Assembly: GCA_030141605.1 (NCBI GenBank)
Contig: JAQGDQ010000010.1
Coordinates: 62,001-126,000, forward strand
Length of the DNA: 64,000 nucleotides
Source of the DNA: Tubiluchus corallicola
Taxonomy: Eukaryota; Animalia; Priapulida
Direction: 5' to 3'
Shown here: in pieces, positions 14,497 through 36,218 of the stretch
Numbering within the stretch: position 1 is the first letter of the stretch
How the letters are laid out: the number at the start of each line of letters is the position of its first letter
Notes under the pieces: model-generated
Told to the model about the DNA's origin: nothing
Database searches by the model: none
What the model saw: the letters and a program-made list of their open reading frames with translations, nothing else
Made by a program: the position numbers and the translations under genes

Positions 14497-16065
14497 CTTT
14501 GACGATATGCATATGACATATATTGTTCAACATTTTACAAAGAGAGTTCCTCAGAACTGAATTCATATTTTCGATATCCATCATGTGTTTCACCCTATAA
14601 AGGCATTCATCAGTACAAAAATACAAGAAGCTGTAAATTTACTAAAACAGAACTGAAAAAAATACCATAGTTGTTGCCAAAAGAAATGCCTTAAAGGTTA
14701 CAAAATGGCAGTAATTTACTCAACCAAAGGAGAATAGCATCATATTTTTTAGTTTTTGCCCATTAAGTTTTAATTCAACATTATTTAATACCAACAAGAA
14801 AAAAAGAAGAGCATTCACTCTAACCAATCCTTTCATAGGGGGACATCATCTACTCTTCAGAAGAGTGCCTAGTAATAAAAATGGCTTTCAGCAGTTTCAA
14901 ATAAATAAAGAAGGCAGACTACTAGACTTTAGCCAAAATAGATACATCACAGTCTGCAATAGCTCAAACTTGTCTATGCATCTTCATACCATTGCACTTG
15001 TGCTCTGCAGTCCTTCTTTTTAGATATTGGACAGAAATCCAACATAGAACGGGCAGGCAGAACGTGCTTAACACAGAAATTTGTAAACAATATAGCAGTT
15101 CACATCGTGCTGTTCTCCTGGCTTTAGCCTGGAAGACACTGATGTCATTGGTATGGTATGGACAACAGTGTAACTCAGAAACAAGTTGTTAAATTTTTCT
15201 GTGAGATATTCACTATACGGTGCTCAGCTTTAGCTCTTAAGCTAATTAACATTGCTGATATTCTTCTTTGCACTGGGTAAAATTTACAGCAATTTGGTGA
15301 GTTTTATACCTTTCTCTTTGATAAACACTTTTTTCAATTCTCTTTTACAGAATAGTGTTTAGTAATTATGTAGCCTCTGAAAGCAACCCTATTAAAACAT
15401 GTGTGAAACATCAAAAACTAAGAAGTCAATGATATTGCACTAGTTGTAATAATAGAACTTTTTAGAAACAAGCTGTTTTTAGTGGTTATATCCCCTCCTA
15501 CACCTCTTCACATGCTTACTGTAATCTATTTCAACATTTTTATATTTTTGAAGTTCACTTTGCTTTTTCTGCTTTGACGAATCAGTTACTACAAGAAAAT
15601 AAATACCTTCATCGAACTACTCCATATTACACCATTTTCTAGGTTATTTTTGGGTGCTCGTTTGCTAAGTAATCCTACAAACAGATTGGCTTCACCGTGA
15701 TGTCGGTCTTGTTCTGGCTGTTATTCATGCAATAAGTTTTAGCCATTTTTAATATTGCGACGTCACAATAGATAAACTTCTTATTATAAATATTTTACAA
15801 TAAAACAGATTCTATGACAATGCTAAATGGCATTCTAAGTAACATATTCATGGAACAGGTTCCAGCAGCAACAATAAATGACGTATGAAGGCAGATGGGT
15901 AGAAAAAAGTTATTACGAGGTGGGTAGTAGCCAAATAAAGGTAATTTAGGTAAACATGGCAATTTAAATTTTTACCATAAAAATACTCAAAGTGTTGCAC
16001 AAGCAGTTGCTGTTGCCTTTTTGTGATTCTTATCAATGATTCAATGCAGTTTATTTAATAGCTTA

Positions 16066-17310
16066 GCTAAATTGCTTACCGATGATGCCAATGTATACTC
16101 AAGCAGTAATGTCCTTCTTGCATCAACAAAATGATCTTGACAAATTTTGCACCTGGACAAGTGATTGGAACAAACGTTTCATCCACAAAAGTAACGAAAT
16201 TTTCGTTTCCGTTTAGCGGTAATTGCACTTTTAGTTAAGTTTCAGCTTTGGCGAAATTGATTTAATTTCGTAGCCAAAATTTCGGATAGTTTTCTGTAAC
16301 ATTTTGCCAAGATTTTGCTAGTAATTATCCAATTTACCTTTTCTTTTCTCCTAGATGTCAAAAACTGCTGAAAAACCTTGCTAAATTAGTTCAAATAAAG
16401 CGAAAATTTCGTTTACGTAACAGTTTGTGATGTGCTTTTCCCGCCAATGCGGCGTATCTTCAGAGCTGATGACTGTGCAGTTTTAGAGTCCCCAAGCCCA
16501 ATCAACCAAAACATTAAACCACATTTGAATTTAGTTGATCAAAATCACATTTAGCTTTATAATTTAAGTAATATAGGAAACAAAATATCTCCAAAATTAA
16601 AATTGTTTATTTTTAATGATTTTTAAACATTAATCATTAAGGATACTTAAATCCAAAAACATTATAACACATTTTCTAAGGTAGGCCACTCCACCAAACT
16701 TGAGATTCTATACTATAAAAGTTCCATGTCCTTTTTGTATTAGAATTTTTTATTGGTAATTTTGTATCACAGCAAATGAAAGCAAACAAATAAAAAACAA
16801 AATTTTTTACTTATTCTAGAATTTTCTTTTTTCGGTTTTAATAGTACTTGGTTTCGCAAAAATGTTTCGGTTTGGTTCATTTTGGTATCAGTTTCCTATG
16901 TTTCATAAATTTCATTTTCGGTTTGTAAACTGAGTTTTGGCAACATCCTTGGTTTTGAAACAAACTTGGCTATCAATGTTTTTTACCACTCTTGATCTCA
17001 GGATTGCACACAGTTAAGTAACACACATTTTTAATGCTCATGGCAAATTCAGTTTGTGATTTGGAAGTCACGACTGATGATCCCTTAATGTTCAAAGAAC
17101 ATGCACTCCTGAATAAAGCAAATGTTCAGTGTTTTAGCAGTTAAATGCTGCTCATATATCTGCCTCAACAAAGAAACAATTTAGTTAAACTCTTCTGTGT
17201 ATTAATCCATCCAATTCTTGGTCGTGCAATTTTGTTTCCTTATCACATTGGTCTAAAGCAATGGATAGAAGCCATTCAGTATAGAGCCACAAGACTCATT
17301 CCTGAATTAT
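16066..17310 (+). mobile_element. Degraded CR1-like LINE reverse transcriptase remnant, split by an insertion at about 16193-16950
   Basis: Fragments translate as KLLTDDANVY (cf. KLFADD), NDLDKFCTWTSDW, DLEVTTDDPLMFKEH..NKAN and IEAIQYRATRLIPEL (cf. LEKVQRRATKLI), in the expected order. Confidence 0.6.
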
Positions 17311-18302
17311 AGCGTCTTTGTGGCACTATTCTCTTTATCAAGTCTTTTATTGTGAATTTTTAAGCACATATGGACCGATGAACAGACTTCCTGCCTATGC
17401 ATTTTATTCTGTTCTACAACTACAAGTACAGGTATCACCAACAACAGTTATACTTACAGACCTGTTAATGGCTTGCGCTGCCTAAACTTCAGAGGCCAAA
17501 TATCAAAATATCAAGTTTAAACAACTTTAACTGAAAATTTGAGAAACAAGTCAAGTACTCAATCATTTTGAAACTTTCCGTGATAGAAACATCAGTCACG
17601 GAACGTACTAAATTCTTAAAAGATTATATGAAAATTCCAATTTTTTCAGAAATTTACCTAACATAATTTCACAACAAAAAGTTTCACTTTCGAGCCTGCT
17701 TCGATCCTGCAATGTTCGAAATCTTCGAAATGCTGTACAACTTTTCCACTAAAACATGTGTTATCGACCACGGGCATATCAATTTTGACACCAAAATCAA
17801 TCAATATGTATCATAATATTTTAATGCATGGAACAGATGCAAAAAGTGTAATTCGCACACATGCAATAATTAGAAATGTTCAAAATCAAATCGAACCAAA
17901 GTAAGTTTATTTTTCTCTAAAATATTTCACGAACGTATACATAATATATAAAAATATACAAACATAATTAGAGTAATGAACGTGTTAATAAAGTATTGAT
18001 AATTTGGCAATAAAATTGGTTAATTTGGGCACTGGTTGACATGGCAGATTAAACAATGATAAAAATTGTCTGTTAAGTAATTGTAGACAATTATAATCTG
18101 AATACATAATTTTCATCAGTAAAATCTCCATTCTGTAAAACTTGATAAGTTCTTTTGTATATGTTATCAAGTTATTTCCATCAAAATTAAATATATAAGT
18201 AAAGCATATTTTAAAAAAAGGAGTCAAAGTGAACAAAATTAACGTTGTTTTGAAAAGACCTAGAGTATGACTTTTAGCAAAACTAAAAACACAATTTCAT
18301 AC

Positions 18303-19190
<888 letters not shown>

Positions 19191-22100
19191 AAACTGTGAG
19201 CTTACTTGATGAGCGTGAATTGTGAGCGTTCAAGAACTAAGTATAACAAAAACAAATGAAAGGCCGTTGTATCCAAACGCTGCTTTACGAATGCGTTTAG
19301 ACCATCATCAGTAACTTCGTCACAACGTTAATTTGCGAGTAGAATATCAGTTAATACAAAAGATTAATCAAGACGTTTTTGCTGAGTGCAAGTGATAATT
19401 AATGAGAGGAAAGCGGGCAACTTTGGTAGACCTACATTTCAAACTTAATGTATTGATTAACTGGCCAAGTAAAAATATTAATGATTATGATTAACTTAAA
19501 ACAAAGTGAATTACTTTGGTAGTCGTATTGTGGATTTCACTCCTCGCTACTGAATTAAGCAACTGGTAACATATAAGTAATTCGATCAACACCTACAAAG
19601 TCCTACATTGCTTGAAAAAATTAACTCAAGTCTCGCATATGCATAAAAAAGCTGGTTGTCAACTTTCATATACAGATCTGTACACTGTACAGTATAAAGA
19701 TTAGGAAACAAAATAATTAATATAGATCTTTAGCAATGTAAAGCTATAAGACATTTTCAGGACGAACTATATTATTTAGGCATACGGCGTTTAGAGACAA
19801 ATTAATTTCTAACGCAGCCGGTCTTTTATATTGTATAATGAGGTAGGCAGTTTAAAAGAAATTAATCAAAACTGGCATTGGCATTGTTTTTCAACATTCC
19901 AAAAGAAAAGTATTTAAGATAATTTAGCAATAACAACAATAATAAATATGCACTCATTCAACCACATGCCTTCTGGAAGTAAATAATTAAACTTAAGACT
20001 AGAGAAAAAGTTATCATTGCTTTGTCAAATAACATCACCAAAATAAAAAAATACCTTATTATTGTATTTTATGGCTAGCATAAAAGCTACAGGCTTATAA
20101 AAATGTTTTTATAAATGTTCTTAAATATAAAATAAATATAAATCAAACGACGAGAATCATTTTTTTATGTAAAAAGGCAGCAAAATACCGAACGATAACT
20201 ACAGAATAACTAACGGTAACTTAGCTATATCAAATTTTATTCTGTTTACATAAATTATTCTATCCTCATTGCACTGAAAAGTAATATAGTACTGTAAGGT
20301 GACATTCAAAATATGCGTTTGCCTACAGTTACCAAATCGTTTAAAATGGTATGTAGACCTGATATGAGCAGTAAACGTGAATGACAGACGAAAAACAGTA
20401 ACAGTAGGTCGAGCTACCCTCTAACTCGTTCGCTCCAGCATTGAATATTTTAGCGACATTTACATAACTTGAAGTAAACTGACCGCAAATTCTTTTAAAT
20501 AAACTAGAACACTATCTTTTTTGTCGGTAGAAATATTCTTTAAGAAACACCAGTATTTTGCTATTTTCCCAAATCAAATTAAAACATATATCAACACAAC
20601 CGTAGTGAAGAAACAATTTTTTTTACCAAATGTTACCAAAGTTTGAGGGCCTCCCAAGCTTGAGAAGCCCTATGCTGTACCTATACTAACCTATAGGATA
20701 ATCCGACCCTTGGTATAAAGGTATATTTCTATAATTCTAATAATAATAAGACAGAAATATAACTGATTTCGTCTGAGTAGACTGTACTGAACTCAACTAA
20801 CTCATCTGAAAATGTTCAACATACAACTTGATTCTTGAGTTCTTTATCTAAATTTGTTTTATCTAAACACAAATTCAAACTAAGTTTAATTAATCTGAGC
20901 TTAGTTCACTTCAATTCAAACTCATTTCATGACAAAAATCTAAACCGAATGAAGATGTGTACAGAGATGCTAGTTACTGATAAAAACAATGAATGAATGA
21001 ATAAATTTAAAAAAAATCTGCATTTTCTGACAGTCTGCCCGATAATAGCGATAAAATAAAACTGCCTGCCCAGAGAAATAGCAATGAAATTAGTAATGGC
21101 TTTCTGTAAAGAGCTACAATTAAATGAGCTCTGTCGTACTGGCTATCTAAGCGACAGAAGTCCTAATGTATTGAGACTTATCCTATTCCATTAGTTGCTA
21201 GTTTCTTGTACAGGAATAATGTTGACGCTAACAATGATTAACGAGAATTCGGGAAGCGTTATTGTAACTCGTATTCCATTTGTTGCCACGAGTGCTAAGC
21301 GTACATTATTATAGCATTATTATTCTCGTGTAAAAATGATTGGTGTGAACTCCATGGCAGATCGGTTAAATGAGAGAACATTCATGAGTGTAATTACGTC
21401 TTTGCTGTAATGCATAGCTTACATGAATAATAGGCCTTTTTAAATAGGCGTGACCTTTGTGAACAAATTGGCACTGTTTTGTCTTCGTTTAAATAAATTC
21501 AGATGAAAGCAGTACTACTTTTAAAGAAGAGCACAGATGTAGATACGTATCACGCATGCCCAGAAGTCAACGTTTCTTGGCTGTTTGTTACGTTACAGAA
21601 TTCTAGAAAATACTAAACGAATTTAGAGGTAATGTATGTTTAACTTAAGGCTATTTTGTTGCTCTCTATTTCTGTTCATAGTTAACTGCTCCGTTAGTTT
21701 AATTTTTATCACTATGTGTCGCGCATATTTATGATAATGTTAAAATATTAGTGTACTTGAAACGAGTTGAACTATCGTAAAGAATGATGATTATTAAAAC
21801 TATAAGAAAGCTGTAGACTGTTCTATATTCCGCAGAAAGAAAGTAAAGATTTTTGTATTGTTAGCGAGAAATAACGCGTCCTGCGGTCAATTCTGTAATT
21901 TGCTGAACCCGCACTATCAAAAAGGTGACTGAAGACAATTTTTTGTATTGGCGTTAACAGTTATTAAATTAGGCATTTCGATTAATTAAGCTGTCTGTAT
22001 ACATTTATTATTTACTTTTGCCATCACCTCGGATGAAGTAAACCACGCGAACACAATTTTTGACTTTATGCCACATATTGAACAGCATCAAAGTTTCTTA

Positions 22101-22580
22101 TTTATATACAATTTTACCAATAATTTTATCGGTGCAACCCCACAGCTCATTTCCAGTAATTATTAACTAACAACAATTAGGCAAATAGTTACGGGGATGT
22201 GTTTTCTTTATTAATGGAACAGAATAACTCCGAGCATATGATACACGTTCGTTCCATCCTATTTGCACGCAATGTCACTAGAGAATTTGCTTGCACAAAC
22301 TCGTCATTAACCGAGCTATCAAGTTTCAAGCCTGGTTTTCCAGACAAACGGGTGTAGGAAGCCAGGTAACGTTCTGGTGTTTTTATGTGAGTGGTGTCTG
22401 CAATGTCGTCAAAAGAGATTAATGATTACCACTTTCCAACTGTGTTTATAATTTGAATAAAATCAGCGTCAGCAAAAGCGAGCCGATTATAAGTAAACGA
22501 GTAAAATTTTATTTTGGATTAAAACTTTTTATTTATTTACTTGCTTGTTTGCTTACTTATTTATACTTGTTTCGTGTTCC

Positions 22581-22746
22581 TCGTTCCTTACTTACCTACC
22601 TGCCTGCCTGCCTGCCTGCCTCTCTACCTGCCTACCTACCTACCTACCTACCTACCTACCTACCTACCTACCAACCTACTTACTTTACTTACTTACCTAC
22701 CTATCTACCTACCTACTTACCTACATACATACATACATACCACCTA

Positions 22747-22777
<31 letters not shown>

Positions 22778-22822
22778 ATCTGCCTGCTTGTTTGCTCGCT
22801 CGCTCGCTTGTTTGCTTACTTA
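22581..22822. repeat. Compound tetranucleotide microsatellite (CCTG/CCTA/CATA/CTTG)
   Basis: Directly visible; accounts for the PACL/PTYL ORFs. Confidence 0.93.
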
Positions 22823-23648
22823 GATGCAATCCAGTCTGCTCACATTGGTCTTGTTCACTGTTATAAACATATTAGGATGGTATTAATTATTAATTAATCT
22901 CTCTAAAATCCTGGTGTGTAGTGGGAGAGTAATGCGGGGTAACGGAGGTACCACATCTTTTAGATCTATGACGCAGTGTTAAAGGTGACCATTAGTTGTA
23001 AGACCTTAACCCACCTATATTTTTACCGCTCCACCTTTGCTAAAATCTACCAAGTACAATTTTACCTCGAATATCAACCGTCGTTAAATTGCTATTGCGT
23101 GTAGATGCAAAGTTTAAATAATTCATGACTAAAAATGCAATTTATTTGACAGAGCACCGGGAAAATGTTTGATCAGGTTTTTGCAAATTAAACACAAACT
23201 GGTCAACCTTGTTGATACAATAACTGTTATTTATTGTTGCAGCTGCCCGCTGGGATTGTGATTAATCAAATCGTCCTTGCAACTAAGGCAACAAAAATAA
23301 ATACCAGGAAGCGTCAACAGGCCTTCCTAATTAACTGCTCGTTACAAAACAACTACATGGCATTGAGTGAAAGGCTTCATTATTACACGACATTCGTGAA
23401 GCCACGTGAGTTTGAACGTATGAGGAAAAGTGGTTTACAAGACGCATATTAAAACTTCGTAATCTCGATTACAATTGGCAGAATTATTTATCGGATTACA
23501 TTTCAAGACAACGATAAGTAGAAGATGAGCACAGACATGGCTAATGTGGCAGTTGTAAGAATCTGTTTTATTTTTTAACGACTCAACAACGTCAACAAGT
23601 CTTAACATAACATAATGTGGAATAGCAGTGCTACGTAGCACCGAAAAT

Positions 23649-32683
<9,035 letters not shown>

Positions 32684-33125
32684 AAGTTATGATCGCTGAA
32701 ATTGCACCATTCAAACAACTGGTTTGAATTCAAGTCAGCAGTATCAAGTGAATGTCCTGCTTTGAATATGTAACAGCGTCATCATATACAAGTCACTGTT
32801 GGTGTTAGGCTAGTTATTCTATACAGCTTATAAAGGCGCGTATCATTTGACTTGATTTAGTCCACGTAATGAAAAGGTGGAACACGAAGAAATCGTGTTG
32901 AATCCAATGTCCTGCACCATCACAGCTTGAAAGCCATGTTTTACATCTAGATGTGTGTGTGACGTTTGTATAGCAAGGTGGTACACCATAAAGGACTAAA
33001 GGAGACAGACAGCTATCACTGGTACATGTATCTACTTAGCTGCCATTTAACACTTTGCTCGTTCACCCATTTACTTTGCATACTAGTGACCCAGCTCTGC
33101 TGAATACCAATGAACGGATGTTGAA

Positions 33126-33243
33126 CATGTAATCATATAAATTACAGACATTTACATTTCTTGAATGTATTTGGAGCAATATATATATATTGCTCCAAAT
33201 ACATTCAAGAAATGTAAATGTCTGTAATTTATATGATTACATG
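33126..33243. repeat. Perfect 118-bp palindrome centred on a (TA)n tract
   Basis: 59-bp arms are reverse complements with no spacer; centre between 33184 and 33185. Confidence 0.95.
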
Positions 33244-33607
33244 ATTATATATATATATATATGCATTTTCTTTTTTGCGCATTTTTAATAGCTTCATATA
33301 CATGCACTTCAAAATGATTTTTGTCATTGCTAGAAATCTGTTAAAAGCCGATTTTACGAACGCTTTCATTTTGTCTGTACAAAGCGGATACAAGCAGAAG
33401 TAATGTTTATATAATCTGTAATTGAATGTGACCTTTTTTGCAAGAGAGAAATTCTTTTCTTATTAGGAGGAGAATACCGTTTTTCTTATTCTTCCCTTGG
33501 TTAGTAATACAGAACAACATTTATTTATAATTTTAATTGCAATATTATCAATTAATGATAGAATGAACCAACAAAACAATTATAGTAGTTGATTTGAACT
33601 TCTAAAG

Positions 33608-34341
33608 CAGTGGTTCCCAAAGTAGGGGTAAATTACCCCCCGGGGGTAATATGGTTTTTTTGGAGGGGTAACTGGCACCCCTCTGAAAATTTTTAAAACT
33701 TCGCTTGGAATGCATTTTACGTAGTTTTCTTCTTGAAGAGACTGCCTCCGGCAGGCAACACTGTGTCATGGGGTCCATCAAATTCCAGCAGCAGAACCTG
33801 GAAGAGTTCTGGATAGGAGAGATGGCCAGTTCACCAGTCCTTGCAGAACGGGCATTGAATATACTCACGTGTTTTTCAACAACGTATGTGTGTGAACAAG
33901 GTTTTTCGTCCATAATGAACATGAAAACAAAGAAAAGAAATAGGTTGGACGTGGAAAGTGATGCACGCGTTGCTTTGAGCCTGACGAAACCCAGGATTGA
34001 GAAACTGGCGTCCGAAAAACAGGCTCATCCGTCCGACTAACTGAGATTTTGTTGTTGTCACTCATTTCTTCTTGTTTTCGTTTGTTCGAGTAATAATTAC
34101 TCGAACGAACCTGCTCACTCAGTAATGAGCAGGTTCAGTAATTGTAATTCTTGTTTTGGCAACAATACAACAACACCTGGAAATTTATTTATGTCACGAG
34201 CAAACATAAATAATTTTGTTTGCTTGTGGCATATACGTGTGTTTACTTTTTGAGTTGGAGAAGTAGTACTAGGTGGGGGGTAATGGACACGACCGGGTTT
34301 CCCGATTTGGGTAACGGTCCGAGAAAGTTTGGGAACCACTG
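33608..34341 (+). mobile_element. Non-autonomous hAT (Charlie/Buster-type) DNA transposon, 734 bp, retaining the transposase C-terminal dimerisation region
   Basis: TIR cagtggttcccaaa (33608) and tttgggaaccactg (ends 34341). Perfect 8-bp TSD TTCTAAAG at 33600-33607 and 34342-34349. Internal ORF ...EFW...LAERALNILTCFSTTYVCEQGFS...KTKKRNRLDVE...QAHPSD*. Confidence 0.95.
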
Positions 34342-36218
34342 TTCTAAAGGTTAATTCTTGAAATCCAAAGATTGTTTGTTCGAATTCTGGACCAGTCTTA
34401 CTTCTTGCAAACTTCAGTTTTACATTTGTTTTAACCAAATTCCTTCAAAATCTTCAATAACTGGACATCCAAATGGAATGACTACCTTATAATTTCGATT
34501 ACCTTAAAGATGACACCAAATGTCTAGAAACCTTTTATACTTTCTGTTTGCAATAATATTACGGCTTTTATTTAGAGATATCAGTCATAAAACCACAATT
34601 TTTACAGTTTAATTTTAGCACAAAACAGCAACTTTATTTCAATTTAAATTAAAACGGAATTGAAATTCAAACATGTTAATATGATGATTGCCAGGCAGAT
34701 ACTGCCTGCAAAGAATGCCAAGAACTTATGAAACTTAGCTGTAAAATTATCAAAAAGGAAATAACATTAATAAAGCCAAATACGGAGAAAAAAACGAATG
34801 AGCTTTGCAAAATTTTCAGTAACTAAACTCAATACTGACTGTGAATTTTCTTAAGTAAGTTACACAATGAAGGACGAATATAACAAAATAAACAGGTATG
34901 CAAACAGGTAATGTAGCAGCCATAAGATATGCTAACACTCAAAAATGCCCTCTAATATGAATCTTACATTTCCTTTCTAATCTAACTTTTAGTTACCTGA
35001 TCTATACATTAAAAAAAAACTATTTGAGTTTCTTTTACACAGATAAGTGAAGCTTTTTAGTGCTTCAAATGAACTTAACACTTACAGCAGCATTCGCTAA
35101 ATTTGTACGAGACAATTATACATCACATCACTAGACTAAATTAAGCTTATGCACATAACTATGACTCTGAAAAATTACTGTTTAAGTTTCTGATATTAAA
35201 TGCTTAAATGCAGGAACTTATAAACTGAAATTATAATTAAACTTTTTAAAGCTTAAAAAATGAAATTTTCAATTATTGCTACAGACTTAACACTATTTTA
35301 CAAAATAAAAGAACTTCCAGGAATATAATACAATGAAATACACATATTACAGAAACTTGATGAAGTTGAACACAGAGTTGATTATCATATCGTTCTAAAC
35401 AGTCTGGTAAAGGATGTTTAGCGTATTCAGTATATGGTGTGGCTATATACACTTATCATCATTTAGCAGTCAAACAGAGATTATTTCAAAATGAAGTATG
35501 ATACAGCATAAAAGTACACATACACATCACATTTTCAATGCAAATAGACAGATTAGTACACGTCAACCAAGATGATGTTGTAATATTAAAAGTAAAAACA
35601 TGTAGTATCCATAAACACAACTAGCTAGCAGCTACGTACATTAAGTTATCAATTCGATCAACAAAGAATCAGATTAATTAACGTTACATCAACTTATATT
35701 TATCCATATGAAATTACATTATAGCCAAGGGTACATTTGGGTTCATTTACACAACTAAGTGTAAATGGGATTATGTACGTAAATGAAAACGTCAGACTTG
35801 CATGTCAAATGTCCTGACAACATATTCATTTTTGTAATGTATGAGCTATCAAATTTAATTATAACACAAGCAGATGTTTAGAAAAAGTCCTCTCAGACGG
35901 CCAACTGTCTGCCATAAAATTGCAATGTGGCTTCAAATGTGTATTTACATTAAATTTCAGTTAGCTATCTCACATTTACCAAAAACAGCAACAAGTGCTG
36001 GCAACTTACCAATATTGAGAGACATTCGCTGTTCTATACCAATGTGTTATTTGGTAATGCATGTAATGTGTTATGCTATCTCACTGATGGCTTTCCTGTA
36101 CACATAACATTCTATACATCACGTAGAAATTGCATTCTAATTAAATACCTGCTCCACCTCTTCCGCAATCAAAACTCTTACTTATCCTGGTATTTTAGCT
36201 CACTTTGATCGCTAAAGT

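Noticed and set aside
14578-14620. Minus-strand CTGATGA-atgcctttatagggt-GAAAC resembling a Penelope-type hammerhead ribozyme core
   Set aside because: Stem II is imperfect, and I could not find a valid NUH cleavage site or stem I pairing. At best it is a decayed motif.
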